Notes: a model not told the origin generated them from the sequence alone. A stretch of 64,000 bases of DNA from Intoshia linei (GCA_001642005.1 LWCA01000025.1:13739-77738), one strand, 5' to 3'; numbered from the stretch's first letter, positions 13,140-27,770 are shown. A program made the numbers and translations.

Positions 13140-14430
13140 TCTTTACTTATATACAATTTAATGTCTATGTGTGTTACCGTTTATTTGAAAATGAACAGTC
13201 CTAGCATTTAAAAAACACATTCTAGAGCAGTGTTTCGAGAGTGATGTTTTTATGTAAGTTTCATTGGCAGTAATTGAGTCCATGATCAAAAACCTAATTT
13301 GCCTTTTTTTAAAATAAATCACCCTATAATTTAAAAAAACATGAACTTGGGGACGTACTTTAAAGTCATTAACGTTGTATTAAATCTAAACTTCATAAAA
13401 ATGTATTTTCGCGTTCAAAATCACATATTACCATTTTTTTTTAAATGAAAAGATTTCTAGAATCTTAAAAAAAATTACAGCTAATAGAGTTATTGCTAGT
13501 ATATAATACTAGTATAAACCAGTGGTTTTCAACCTTTTTGTGTTCGCGGCCCCCTTATAAACATAAAAAATTTTCGCGACCTAAAAATTTTCTACATACA
13601 CCAAACATGTACTCCAAACATCTTATCAATTCACATAAATGAAAATATTAAAGAAGCACATTCAGTTTTATTTATATTTTCTACTGTGTTCAAATTCTCA
13701 CGACCCCCCGGTTAAAAACCACTGATATAAACTATATATACTACATACTGTATATAAACGAATTTAATTTCACCAAGTGACGTTTACACGGTTAAAAAAA
13801 TTACTTATCTCTCGTATCTTTAGATTATTTTGATACGTTTTATTCCAGTTGATATCGTTAAAAAATTTTAACCTCAGAAATCTACGCATTACCAGTGAAA
13901 AATAACTTTTACTATATTATCAACCAATATTTTTCAACTTTATGAATTAAAATTAAAAATGAAAATTCAAATATTCATCCTACAATTTCAAAAAAAGTTA
14001 GAATTGACCGTATACATATTTGAAATATGGGTTTCACCCTCATAAATTGATTCCTTCTGTTTTTTTATCATTACTACGCAATTTCTCATTTTTAAAAATG
14101 TTGAAAAGTTCATATTGTAAACTTTAGATTTGATATTAAATACAAATTAAGTATAACTTTGTTAGTTTAATATTAAAATTTATTTCAATGTTTATAAGAT
14201 TGCTTCATTCGAAATGTATGACAGAAGAAAAAAGTGTGTATTACAGATAATTGGAAATTTTATTTTTTTGTTATTTACGACGATTTTTTAGGGTTGTAAC
14301 TATAATTTTATTGTTTTTAAGAGTATTCACTATTTGTATATAATCAATTAAAAATCCGTATTGAAATTAAAAAGTCGGCCCTCAGCAGAGCTAGCTTCTG
14401 TTAGTGCGAAGTACATAAAAGTCAAGCTAA
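13140..14430 (+). mobile_element. Divergent Helitron-like copy (subfamily B) interrupted by a hAT MITE
   Basis: 5' TCTTTACTTATATACAA..GTGTGTTACCGTTTATTT; 3' GCCCTCAGCAGAGCTAG...GTCAAGCTAAT. Related pieces at 1-121, 16690-17397, 27283-27960, 34160-34445, 37600-37815 and 52490-53860. Confidence 0.6.
13520..13724. mobile_element. 205-bp hAT (Buster/Charlie-type) MITE
   Basis: TIRs CAGTGGTTTTCAACC / GGTTAAAAACCACTG; 8-bp TSD GTATAAAC / ATATAAAC. Confidence 0.9.
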
Positions 14431-14499
14431 TAATGTCAGAGAGTAATAACTAAAAAATGGCACTTTATGACAGTAAATAAACATTAAGAAATGATAAGA

Positions 14500-15450
14500 T
14501 TTAATGAACTTGGTTGAATTTAGAAATGTGTATTATTAAATTAAAGGTCAAGTGAACAAGGTTGAACAAAGTAAATGTGACGAATAATCGTTTGAACTGG
14601 TTACAGTGATTTTATAAATGAAACTTGTACTCTTGATTGATAAGTGTAAAGAATGTTTTGTAAATTTCAAGTGATTTGTTAATATCTAAAAAATGAAACA
14701 TGGTGGGATACCAAAAGCTAAATTAAAGTGTAATGTATTGAATTGAATTAACTTTCAAACCATATAAAACGAAAATTTACCATGTTCACCCGTTGCATTG
14801 TTAATTTAAATAATTAACAGTTGACATGTTTGACTGAATTACGTGTCAAGTAAAGCATTGAATACAAATTTTACTTAAAAATTATAATTTAATATTAGCG
14901 TGACCTTCGTACCACAGACAAAAATTAAAATGTAATCAAACAGTCACAATATATACGGCATATTATATTCATACCATTATTCGCATGATAAAAACCAAAC
15001 AATACTTTCAATTTGTGAAAAGGTTTTACATTTCTTTGTGCAATATGGTCAACAGCGGTTGAACAATGAACAATATGAAATTTGAATTTATTCACACTAC
15101 TACTATTCAATATAAACCTTGACATGACATCATTTAATCGCATTCGTTTCATGGTTATATGTGATTTATGCTTCAGTGTGGCAATAGATTAGTCTAGGTA
15201 AATTACGTGCTGCGTCATTACTTATGTTTGGACCTAAGCATCCATTATCTTGTCAATTACTTGCTGAGTCAATAACAAACAAGACGTTAAATACAATATT
15301 CGTTTAATCAAAATTAAAATTTGCTTCCACTAATCAATCACACTATGCCCTACCTCTCTACTAGTTTCACTCGCATTAAATCAATTACATTTTTATCGAA
15401 TGTTTCAACAAGGTCGATACATTCATAAAGGCCACGCCCATTGGCCTATG
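14500..15450. promoter_or_regulatory. Candidate enhancer or promoter upstream of COUP-TF
   Basis: Repeat-poor stretch with AGGTCA (14545), TGAACT/TGAACA half-sites, TGACCT (14901), TGCGTCA, TGAGTCA and GGCCACGCCCATTGG (Sp/KLF box next to an inverted CCAAT, ~15430-15445). Confidence 0.3.
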
Positions 15451-18400
15451 ATATGAATTTTATTTAATTTATTATAACATGGTACTAGCTAAAAGTCAGT
15501 CGACATAATTATCAACATTATACACCAATAATATATTACAGTAGACGTTCTATCATAGTTCATTATTCAACTTGCCAAATAAAATTATTAAAGGAAAGAT
15601 CACGAGTTTTGATAATCTCTATCTATTGCAATATATTTTATAGATATCAACATTCTATTTGCTTGTTAAGGTATTTTTTTTATTAAGATTTATGTAATTT
15701 ATTTCACCCATTTCTACAAATGTATAAAAAGTTACAAAATTTCGTGTAGGCAATTGTGATGTTTCCTGTGTCGCTAGTTCAACAATATGTATTTTGTAAA
15801 AATTGGCTGAATATTAAAATTTTATTTTTAACGTTAATGCTTATTATCAAAGTATTTTAATGTTACACAAACAGACTGCTTAAGATAGTCAGATAAGTAT
15901 GCAATATTCCCGTGTACATGGAATGTTATTAGAATTAAAATTTAACTTCATTCATACAGTTTTAATTTACACAAGCATAAACAATATAAATCGCTCATTT
16001 TTTTTAAACTAGGCTTTTGTGTCGACAACGTTCTCATATATATAAAAATAGGGTCAACGTGGTATCAAAGAAAAGCTAGTGAAACAGTAAATTAATTATT
16101 TTTATTAAAATTACTTTAATAAAAGACTCACATGTTATATCATCAAATATTACTAAGAGGCTAAAAGGCTAAAAATGCACTGCTATGCAGAGCCGTCTTA
16201 AGCCACTTTGTGGATCAGAGCTAAGCAAAGGGCCTCCGACCCTTTATAGTTTTAAAGAGCGAAGCTAGAAAAAATTATCGATCGAAGCGATAAAAAAATT
16301 TAGGGCCCTTTAATAGAAGACAGAGCATACTGTTGGTTGGATACTTAGAGTCTTATTTCATTGAGTATTAATAAAGGCAATAAAAGATATTATGTAGGTT
16401 TCTAGTAACTTTTATTTCTTTTACAAAAACTTACTTAATTAATTGAAAATTAATAAGAGAAAATAATATATCTCCTTTTTCTTTTTTGAATATTCACTTA
16501 ATAGAAAGGTTTTAATATTTAATATTATCATTTAAAACAGTTTATATGTCAATATTATATTATGAACAATGTAGAATATATTTTCATTCCAGTTGCCCAA
16601 TAGATAAAATATCAACCACGTAAATTCTATAATTCCTAGTCTAGGTCTAAGAAGATTTATACCCACATCTCTTTATTGAAAATTATTGGAAAGACGTTCA
16701 ATGGATACTTTTATTGAGATTGTAGAATGAATATTTACATTTTTAATTTTAATTCAAAGATTTTAAAAATATTGGTTGATGACATATTAAAAACTAGTTT
16801 TCAAGAGTATGCGTAGATTTCATACGTTGAAATATTGTATATAGATCAACTGGAATAAACTGCATGATAATATTTTTTGTTTCTGTTTGATAATTAAATT
16901 GTCATTAAATAAAAAAATCGCTTTGTGAAATTAAATTTTTTGTGAGTAATTTACCTGGAAATAAAACTATTATATGTAATTTTTTTTAAATTCTAGAAAT
17001 GTTTTTATTTTTAAAAAAATGGGTAAATTGTGGTTTTGATCGTGAAAATGCACTTTTTTGAGGTTGAATTATGGTAATGCTTATGATTTAAAAAAAGGGT
17101 CATATGGTTATTAAGAATGAAGATGTCTTTTTTGATTTTGAGATTTACGAAAATTATAATCATTTTAAACGCGTCCCAGAATTTATGTTTTTTTAAAATT
17201 CTAGGGCTGATTTACGTATTGAAAAAAAAAATGGGGTTATCCCCTATGCCCTAAAAGACTCAATAACTCATATATACGATAAAAAATTACTCTTTAAAAA
17301 CTGTATTAAATGTTGGGTTTTTTAAATTCTAGGACTGTTTATTTTTTAAATAAACGGTAACACACACACAATCATTCAATTTTATATATGTAAAAGACTG
17401 AAAAATTCTATTATGATTATTACTATATAAACTTAGGAGTCACTGCAATTTTACTTTTTAAATTTGAATTGATGTACTACATTAATATCGCAATACTGAA
17501 TTATAAAGAGAAAAAATTACCTGAAATTAAAAATTGAGTTCAATTAAATGTAATGAAATTGGCTGATTAAACAATTTTTAATTTGAATCTATTCACAAAA
17601 ATATGATGTGACTGTTTTGATATTTAAACTAGATTATAATTTAATTAACGTATTAATACATCATGTAATCAAAAATAAATTTTTTGAAATGAGACAAAAA
17701 ATCTATATCAATTCTTATTTCACTTGTTTAACTTCCATATTAATTATTTAAGGCTATTTTATGTCATAATGTCATAATTACATCAATTCAGTTTGGCTTA
17801 ACACTTAGACAGTAATGATATTGGCTTTTATTATTATGTCAGTTTTAATCGGCGATTGAAATGAAAGAAATCAATCATAAATAATTGTTACTTGGTGTAT
17901 TAATTATAACGATATACCTCAATTTTGTTTTCGTTTTTTCTATTGTGCACATTATTTGTACATTAATTACAGTAATTAACACTTACTTGTTCATAAAATA
18001 GGGGCTTTCATTTTTATCAAATTTTAAAATTTCACTGCTTCACTGCTAAATCATATTCACTTTTTCTACTTTGCTTATTAAGACTCGCTACTTATCCTTT
18101 TTATTTGATTAATATTGTAAATATGAAAATAATAATTGTATATATATTATAATATGATAATATATGTATTAATAATTTTGCGTTAATTAACCCATTTATT
18201 TAAAAGGTATGTATTTATGACACTTATTTTATAAATTTTAAAATGATTTTCTAAACATCGAAAAATGTTATTATTTCGTAGATTAATACATATATGTATG
18301 TATGACGATAAACATCGTTAGGAAATCAAAAAATGAGAGCTAAAGCCAAATATATGTTACTTTTTTTTAACCAAAATATAAAACACTAAAAGTATGTTGT

Positions 18401-18671
18401 GAAGAAAATATTAACATGTCAAATTGATAATTTCAATGTAAATTAATAAAATATTAACGGGTGGTAATTTTTACTCATAGAGCTTTAACCTTAATAGTAT
18501 TAACGATATTGACCTTATTGAGTATGTTTTGATGTATAAACAGAAAAGTTGAAACTAATATAAATAGATTAAAGAAACTATCTTCAAAGTATTTCTTATT
18601 GACCCGAGGGATAATAATACAATTTTACAGTTGATAATAGTAATAGTAGTCACCAAATTTTTACATTTTAA

Positions 18672-18851
18672 CAGTTTATTTTTTTAAATTTGTTTCTAGC
18701 TCAATTTTTTTGGATATTATGGAATTCATATTATGCAATTGAATAAAATTTAAACAATTTTAATTGTCTATTTAGCCAGAATTCGAGAAATTAAATCGTT
18801 AATAAAATCCAAAAAAAATTGAGCCAGGAACAAATTTAAAAAAATAAACTG
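18672..18851. mobile_element. ~180-bp MITE with ~45-bp TIRs (Tc1/pogo-like CAGT...ACTG|TA)
   Basis: CAGTTTATTTTTTTAAATTTGTT.CT.GCTCAATTTTTTT occurs in inverted orientation at both ends. Confidence 0.75.
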
Positions 18852-19091
18852 TATAACTAAACACGATGAACAATATTATAAAGTCGGTACCACACTTAAA
18901 AGCTCAAACACCAATTTACGTTAAATAAAGTTCAGTTTTAATTTCTCCATAATATTTAGACAGTGATATTTAAAATGACAAAGCAACTCGAATAGATAGC
19001 GTTAAATGTTTTTGATTGCAATTTAGTTTTTCTATTTTAAAAATACACACTTTAGTGCTCTTGATTTTTTGATGGGTGTGACACCCTCGTG

Positions 19092-19482
19092 CAGGGGTTT
19101 TCAAATTTTTTGACTTTTTGGTCCATTTTTAATTTTAATTTTGGATAAAGCATCTCAAATCATCAGTGACATATAGTTTATTTCTAGATTTTGTTTTTAT
19201 TTGTACGAGTGTTGAAAATGTCTTTTCACATTCATAGGTTGTTGGAAACGGCATAAGTATTTTGATAATCATTTTAGAAAGGTTTGGATATGATTGTGCC
19301 TTAGCTATCCAAAATTCAGTTATCGTACTTTTAGGAAATGTTATTTTGGCAGAGCCATTATTAATTAATTCTATGAAAACTAATTCCTTGTTTAAATTAA
19401 TAACAAAAATTATTTAAATCAATTTATTTTTTATAATTCAAAATTTTATTAAAACTTGCGGACCCAAATTTGAGAACCATTG
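19092..19482 (-). mobile_element. Internally deleted Buster/ZBED5-type hAT element
   Basis: TIRs CAGGGGTTTTCAAATTT / AAATTTGAGAACCATTG; TSD CCCTCGTG / CCCTAGTG. Interior encodes EFW..YPNLSKMIIKILMPFPTTYECEKTFSTLVQIKTKSRNKL (hAT dimerisation region). Confidence 0.85.
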
Positions 19483-21507
19483 CCCTAGTGTGTATAATAC
19501 TAAAAATAAAGTAAAAACAGTCCAATCCTAAAAATTGTCATAAATAGCATAAATTCTAGAAAAAATAAATTTATAAAAACCTATTTTATTGTTTTCAATG
19601 TGATGATATATATTCAGTACCAAATTTAGTGAAATGACTGCTGATTAAAAAAATGAAATTGGATAAAAATAAAATTTATAAATATGGAAAAATTTTTAAA
19701 AAAAATTATGCGGTCCATAGGTTTTCCATGCTTATGCCCATACTTATTTTAAACAAATATTTTCAAATAAACAATTAAGACCAAAAAATATACTTAAAAG
19801 TGTATAGTTAACGTATACAAAATACTAAACATTAATAATTCTCATTGTCTAAATTGTCATAAAATGTGAAATTATGACGCATCATTGGTTAAATTCATTT
19901 TTCATTCATTCATTCAACTATAAGAGCTAATAAAATGTACAATTTCATTAATCTAAATGTTTAGTTAAGTTTGAATATAAAAGTTACAAATTAATATAAA
20001 ATAAACAAATATTATGTCAACTTTAAAATACAATAATTTAGAAAATATACTCTAAAGTGTTGAAGATACTACTCCATATTAAAATTTTCTTGATATTTAT
20101 GAATAATTATTATATTATTAATGTGAATCATGAAACTTTTAAATTTAATTGAGATTCAGTATACATAATTATGTCTATATCAAAACAATTACTTTCTTAA
20201 TTTTTTATTTGTTTATTCAATTTTTCGTTATTTAAAAGATGACAAACTTTAAAAAAAGTAAATTAAAAAAGTTTGGTTATAATAAAAATGTATTATAGTG
20301 TATATAATCAAATAATACATTATTATAATACACCATTAAGACTTATTAAGCGTTTACCCGTTGCCTTTGACACTTGTTGACTGGTAAAATGGGTAAATTT
20401 AAATTAGAGTTTAAGACTTAGATTTTCAACGGTGCACTACGGTCAATCATTATTTCTCATTGACATAGAAACAAATATGATCTTTGAATATGTTTTTTTA
20501 TTTTTATACATATTATTGACCCAGCAAGATGGTCTGCAAACGCTGATCTAAAATATACTCTCCAATAAAAATATAAATGCAAAGAAACTTGCCTATTAAA
20601 TATAATTCAAACTACCGTAATAATACTAATTTATTGAAACACTTAAAAACTAATCATTATATTTTCAATTGATTTAATCGGATGTAAGAATTGGGATATT
20701 TAAATGTATTCTAAATAAAATTGTATAATTAACTTCAGAGCAATCTTTATCTGGCATAAAACAACTTTGTTGAAAGATAATAATTTTAAAGAATAAGTAT
20801 TGTAAATATTATAATCTATATGTAAAAGTAAAAAAAACTGAAATAAATTAACAAAATATTGAACTGTGAATAAAATTTTAATTATTTAAATGTACTATAT
20901 ATTTAAACATGTATATTAAAAAAGGGAATAATTTAAAATACTTTAAATTTAGCCTTGCTAATCAGTGGAAATAGTATAACCACGGTTGATTAAACAAAAC
21001 AAATCAAATTAATCCAAAAAAGCATATTTTGCATAATTGAAAAGTTGAAAAGGTAAATAAACTATTTTTGTGAATTTAAAAAGTGAGATTTTAGTGGATG
21101 ATAGAATAATTTGGATATAAATTAAGTCATAAATCAACATTGAGATTGTTTAAAGCTAACTGAACCATATCTACTGTATAAAATGTGGAAATAACAAGAT
21201 AGTTTGTCATAATTGGACAAGTGACAAAGTGTATATAGAACAAATACAATTGAAAAATATCCATAAATCAACAAATCAATACACCCGGTAAAAGGTTAAT
21301 CAATTGGAATCATTGAAAGAGAAATTTGTTAAAGCAGCTTAAATAATTTACTTTAACCGGTTCGATTCCGTCAACTCTACATTTCTTAAATCGTTCCATT
21401 CAAATTCTATTAAAAAATAAATATAAAAATTTTACCATAAATAGTCATTAGACAAACACTTGTCAATTATTATTGTATTTATCTACAAAATGTGTCATTA
21501 AATACAA

Positions 21508-24500
21508 ATGGAAGTTAGCAAATCTGCCACCTGTAAGCGCACCCCCATGAACGTTCCAATTGTCAAAAATAAAGAGCAATGTCCTGTTCTCTTGCGCATA
21601 ACTCCCGCAGGAACAGAGAGTCGTACACTATACGAAAATTGCTACGAGTACTCGAATATTAAACATAAAAATGACTATTCAAATTTCGAAAAAGACTATA
21701 ATCAAAATAGTACATTGTTAAATTGGTACAAAACGTTCAACAGTGCTCCAAATTCAAGCTTAAAATTGCACGCACAGCTGACAGACGCAAATAAAGTCAA
21801 TTTATCTAATATAAAAAATGAAAATTTAAAATTCGATCAAAATATTTCAAAAGATGCATCTGGGCCAAATTTAAAAAATAATTATAGTTTGTATGCAAAT
21901 TTTACCTCTCAAAAAGACCCTTGTGCCATAATGCAAGATTCTAATATGAAAAGCAGTATTGTTAAAAAAGAAACTAGCGATTTAAAAATGGAAAAAAAAA
22001 GTGAAAAGGAATCGAGTTTTTCCGATTCAAACATGTTTTTCAGTTTCAGTCAGTTTGATTCGAGTTATGTTAAGGACAAATTTACTTTGCCATCAAAATC
22101 AGATTACAATAAAAAAATTTTAAATTTCCCTAAACAAGAATTTCAATCTGACAAGCCTGCCAATGGTGTTAAAAATGAAACGCCAACTTTTGACCAAGAA
22201 TCCCAAAAGGATAAAATTTTATCAGATTGTTCGGTTAGCAAATCGAGTAATGTAAATACACCTGAACCCGCTAAAAAACCTCGCTTAGAAAATTCAAATT
22301 TGTAATTATTGTTTAGTCATTTTTCAATATTTTTAGAATTTGCTCAAAATCAAAACCAAGCACGGAATCTTCATATAAAAACAATTCAGCCAATCAAATT
22401 GCATGCGTCGTTTGTTCCGATAAAAGCTCTGGCAAACATTATGGACAATTTACTTGTGAAGGTTGCAAATCATTTTTTAAACGTTCTGTCAGACGCAATT
22501 TAACTTATACTTGTCGTGGTACACGCTCATGCCCTATAGATCAACATCATCGTAATCAATGTCAACATTGTAGGTTTAAAAAATGTCTTAAAATGGGAAT
22601 GCGTCGTGAAGGTATTTCATAATATTATATAAGATTTAACTGTTTTAATTATTTAATTCAATGATATTGGAAATATTCACTAGAGAAATAATTACCAGAC
22701 TAGTTTTAATTTAATTTAATGCTATATTTACCACCTTTAACATTACATTGATTAAATTTTGTCAACTTTTTATTTAATTTATTTTCGACATGTTCAATTA
22801 ATTGGTCAAATTTTTTGTTTTGTGTCAATATTAATATAATTACATTATGAGACGTTTTAATTTTTATTATTTTTTAATGTGTATTATAATATTAATATGA
22901 AATCAAAATAAAACTAAACACCTAATATTTATCAATCAAAAATAATTTTGATATGTTTTGAGTAGACAACAACACGGTGAAGACTTAATTTAGTGAGATT
23001 GATAATTTTTGTGGGTGTTTATTGAAAATAACACTTTTAGTTGTCATTTTTTTAAAATTCTAGTACTATTGGTTATTTTTTATTTTCCAAAATAATGACA
23101 ATTTAATCTTGTTAAAATAAATTTTTTGGATGCGTCGCGCCAAATAAAATGTTTTAAATTAATCTGAATTGTACTAATATCGTATTATTAATTTAATTTT
23201 TGAACTGGAAGGACTCAATTTCTGAAAATAAAATTTGCAATAAAACCTCACCCGAATATCTGTAATAGAATCATGGAATTTTTAAAACTCGGCTCCACTT
23301 ATTTTTTAATTAAAATGGACAAGACACGCTAATAAATAAACCGACATACACTTTTGACTAAATTACTTTATAAGGATTAAAATGAAAATAACAACATTAA
23401 TATAAGTAAATAATGTCACCTTATTATAATAATACTTTATAACTCGAGTATCGACATAATAACATCCATTAACACTATAAATCCAATTATCAGTTTGTGT
23501 AAACGTTGTCAAACGTAGTTACTCGAGATAAGGTTTTTTGAGATGATAACTGAACACTTTCATAAATTTTTAACAATTTTAATTGAAAGAATTACCATTG
23601 TTGTATAATTTATATATTTGTAATTGATTAATACTTTTAGCTGTTCAACGAGGCAGAGTACCATCAACATTTAATCACGCAGCAGTGGCTAACTATGTGG
23701 TCACTGCGGCAGGATTATCTCAATTTATGGGCCGTAACAATGCAATAGATGCGCGGACCCCATTTGCATCACCGCAACACTCATATTTATCCACCTACAT
23801 ATCAATGCTACTAAGAGCCGAACCTTACCCATTAGCTCGGTACGGACAAAGCCTACAGGGTTCAAACGGTAACGCTATGGGAATTGACAATATTTGCGAA
23901 TTGGCTGCCCGAATTTTATTTAGTGCCGTTGAATGGGCTAAAAGGATGCCATTCTTCCCAGATTTAAATGTTTCGGATCAAATAGCTCTACTACGTCTCA
24001 ATTGGGGTGATTTATTTGTTTTGAATGCAGCACAATCATCAATGCCTATACACGTTGCACCTTTGCTAGCTGCAGCCGGAATGAGAAATTTACCATTAGC
24101 AGCCAATACAGTTGTGTCATTTATGGATCATATTCGTATATTTCAAGAACAAATTGAAAAACTAAAAGCCTTAAACGTTGACTCTGCTGAATATACTTGC
24201 CTAAAATCAATCGTACTATTTATGACTGGTAATTCATTCATCTTTAATGAAATATATTCAATGTTCTAAATCTGTGCTCCCCATTTTTTAAAAAACTAAA
24301 AGCCTAGATCTAAGCCCTAGAATATGCATCAAAACAAATTCCAAGACAGTTTTTCAATATTTTAGTATCTTAAATATGAATTTTAGAAATTGACATATTT
24401 ATATTGAAAAACGCATAAATATCAGCATTTTAAACATGTTTTATTAAAATTTCAATTTCAAATTAACTAAATGAATCGTATAATATTATGAATACAATAT

Positions 24501-26809
24501 CGATGAACAATTTTAGTCAAATTTCAAAAATTAGATTTCAATAACTAAAAATAAAGTTCATTTGTATATATTAAAAAATTTGTAACTATCGATTTTCATT
24601 TTAAGTTTAAATTTAATTTTATTTATTTTAATTTTTCAATCTTGTTATCATAGTGTAATTTTTAACACAAAATATACAAGACACTAGGTTGACTGTTATG
24701 TTCTACGTACAAATAAACCTAGCTCTGCCGAGGGCACATTTTTATTATACTTAAAAAATAAATTCACGTTAAAAATCTAATTTAAAAATCCTACTATTCA
24801 CTATTATCAATCCTTTAAAGGAGTGGTTCCCAAATTTGTTTCAGGTGAAACCATCATATCACTTTTTATTTTAAAGTGAATTATTCCATCTCAATTTTTT
24901 GTTTGTTAACATTTAAAAATAAAGTAAAAACACTTAAATCCTAAAAATTGTCAAAAATAGCATAAATTCCAGAAAAAATAAAATTATAAAAATTAAAATT
25001 ATAAAATTATATATTACAAATGGAATACGACTATAAATATAAAAATGATATTAACAAAGTTGTTTTAGTTTCGTTTTTTAGTTTCAATTTAAATGTTATT
25101 CAAAATGTTTTGAAAATGAGAATTTAAAATTTAAAAATTGCGTAGCAATGAAAAAAATTCCGAAGGAATGAATTATGTAGATTTTCACACATATGTGTTT
25201 ATTGGAAATGTGTAGACGTTCACTGCATATTTTTTTTTTTTAAAATTGTAGGATCAATATTTATATTTTCAATTTTTATTTTAATCGATTTATTTGAAAA
25301 ATATTGGTTGATAATATATTAAAAGTATTTTTCACCCGGGAATGCGTAGATTCCTCGGTTTGAACTTTAGTGTTTATATTAACTGGAATAAGCTCTATCA
25401 AAAAATCTTCTTTTTTTAATTTTCGGACCATTAATTATTTCATATTTTTTGTTTTAAAAAAATATTTTGAAAAATTATATGAATACTAAAATACTTTTTT
25501 GACCGTGAAGTCGTCACTTATTTAGATCGAAATTTTCTGTGTGTGTTAACAGGATACAACTGTACAACCTGTAAATTTGTGAAATTCTAGGGCTGTTTTC
25601 ATTAAAAGAAGAATGGTAATTTGTGGTTTTGGCCCTGAAGATATAATTTTTTTAAATTCTCCAACTCGTTTGATTTTCAAAAAAATAATTTGGGTTTTTG
25701 ACCCATAAGATGTGAGTTTAGGAGGTTGAAATTAAGTTTGCGAACACCCCCGAAAAAAACTGTAATTGAAATGTGAACTTTATAAAAATCTAAGACACGT
25801 TGTTATTTGCTAGTTATTGAATTATATTGAAATATAAATTTTAAAGTTAAAAAATACAAATAGAAACACCTGAGAATGTGCATAATTAGCTAATTTCTAC
25901 TCAGTAATAAACAGATAAGCAAGTATTTACCTAAAATTTACATACTCATTAACGGAATTTAAATAATGATTTGGCATAATATACATAATGTTGAGTACAT
26001 TAAATTTTAACTTTAAATTTTAAAGTGTAAACAATTTTTCACAATGTTCAAATCAACACTTGAATAATGACCAGACTGACACTGTGCACCCTCGGCGATT
26101 TGTTAAAAATTTAAATTGTATGATTTATCCACTTCAACACAATAAAAATGTAAATTAATCATAACATTCATCAATCATTGATTTAACATTATAATATTAA
26201 ATTTTTTTAATTCATTTTCAATTTAATTCTGTTTTTTTTCATTTTTTCAACCAAAAAATTTATAATATTAACAATGATTGTAAATAGCAGATGTAGCATA
26301 TTGTAATTCATCAATTTTTAAATTTTGTAAAATGACTTAATTTTATGACTTTTGACACTAATTTGTTTTTACTCACCTATGACACTATGAATTTTATTTA
26401 AAAACATTATAGAAAAATATAAATTTATCCAGGCACATGAAACTATATTCAACCCAGTAATGATAATATGAAACATTTTTTAAAATATTTATACATTTTT
26501 ATTTATAAATTAGATGCATGTACATTATCAGATCCAAGTCATGTTGATTGCTTACAAGAACAAGCGCAATGTGCGCTAGAAGAATATACGAGATTACATT
26601 ACCCAAATCAACCTAGTCGATTTGGTAGATTACTTTTGCGTTTACCATCAATAAGAATAATCAACTCTTCAATCATAGAACAGTTATTTTTTGTCCGTCT
26701 TGTTGGAAACACTCCTATTGAAACCCTAATACGAGACATGCTACTTGGCGGAAATTCATTTTCTGCATGGAATTATATGATTCCTACACCATTATCTTCT
26801 TCAATATAA
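21508..26809 (+). CDS. NR2F: COUP-TF / seven-up nuclear receptor (NR2F subfamily)
   Basis: Exons 21508-22301, 22337-22611, 23641-24228, 26514-26809. [52 protein letters not shown] and AVQRGR; [54 protein letters not shown]. Confidence 0.97.
24684..25810 (-). mobile_element. Helitron-like copy in COUP-TF intron 3
   Basis: Ends CTAG|T; near-identical to both halves of 1484-3710 but lacks the 1780-2420 insert. Confidence 0.75.
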
Positions 26810-26926
26810 AACAATCATATTTGTATCCGCTCATAATCAAATTTAAAATATCAATATTATATATATATATATAAATATCACTTGTTAAATTATTTCTATA
26901 ATTAAATACGTTCAAAATTTATACTT

Positions 26927-27181
26927 TTATTTCAGCATATCACAAATGGTTTTATTTAGAATTATCAATTTTTGTTCGTTTTCACGTATACAGTCTATCA
27001 AAACAGCGTATTGTGCCAAATGCCTTCCTTTTGGTCGAATGTTTAACCTTTTTAAATTTTCAAAATGAAAAGCACTTTTATTTTCAGCGGTTTTGCTTCC
27101 ATGCGAAAATTGTTCAGTTTCATTGATAATGTCAAAATATAAATCTTCTTCTTCCAAGTTGATTGGATGTTTCAATTTCCA
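26927..27181 (-). CDS. Probable terminal exon of an unidentified small gene convergent with COUP-TF
   Basis: Follows a TTTCTAG acceptor and reads open for ~85 codons with a charged, protein-like composition. Upstream exons could not be joined confidently. Confidence 0.35.
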   Translation of the reverse strand, partial: WKLKHPINLEEEDLYFDIINETEQFSHGSKTAENKSAFHFENLKRLNIRPKGRHLAQYAVLIDCIRENEQKLIILNKTICDMLK

Positions 27182-27770
27182 TCTAGAAATTAATATTGTG
27201 GAATATATAAAATTTAAAAACAAGTGGGAACCCTTGTTCTATGCGAAATTATAATCCTATTTATTAACAATTTAAAAACAAATCCTTTCTTACATAAAAT
27301 TTAATGTCCGTGTGTGTTACCGTTTAATTTAAAAATTAACACTTTTAAAATTTATTAAAACTAAACATCCAATACAGTTTTTTAATTGGGATGTTTTACA
27401 AATTTCATATTGAAAAATTGAGTCCTTCAGGGTCAAAATTCTCATTTACCTTATTTAAAAATAAAATCGGTCTTAGAATTTTAAAAATACATAATTTTGG
27501 GATGCGTTTAAAATCATTAATATTTTCATAAATCTGAACCTCAAAAACTTACATCTTCATGGTTAAAAGCTCGAATTAACTTATTTTAAAAATTAAAACA
27601 TTCACAGAATTTTAATTCTATTGAATTGAATTTTAACATAAATTCTGCAATAGTTTTTAAAATCAAAAAATTAGCATAAATCGCAACCCAAAAACAACCC
27701 ACATTCTAGGATTTAAACAAATCACTGATGATTATCGGTAATATTATAATAGTTATTTTTAGTTAACATA

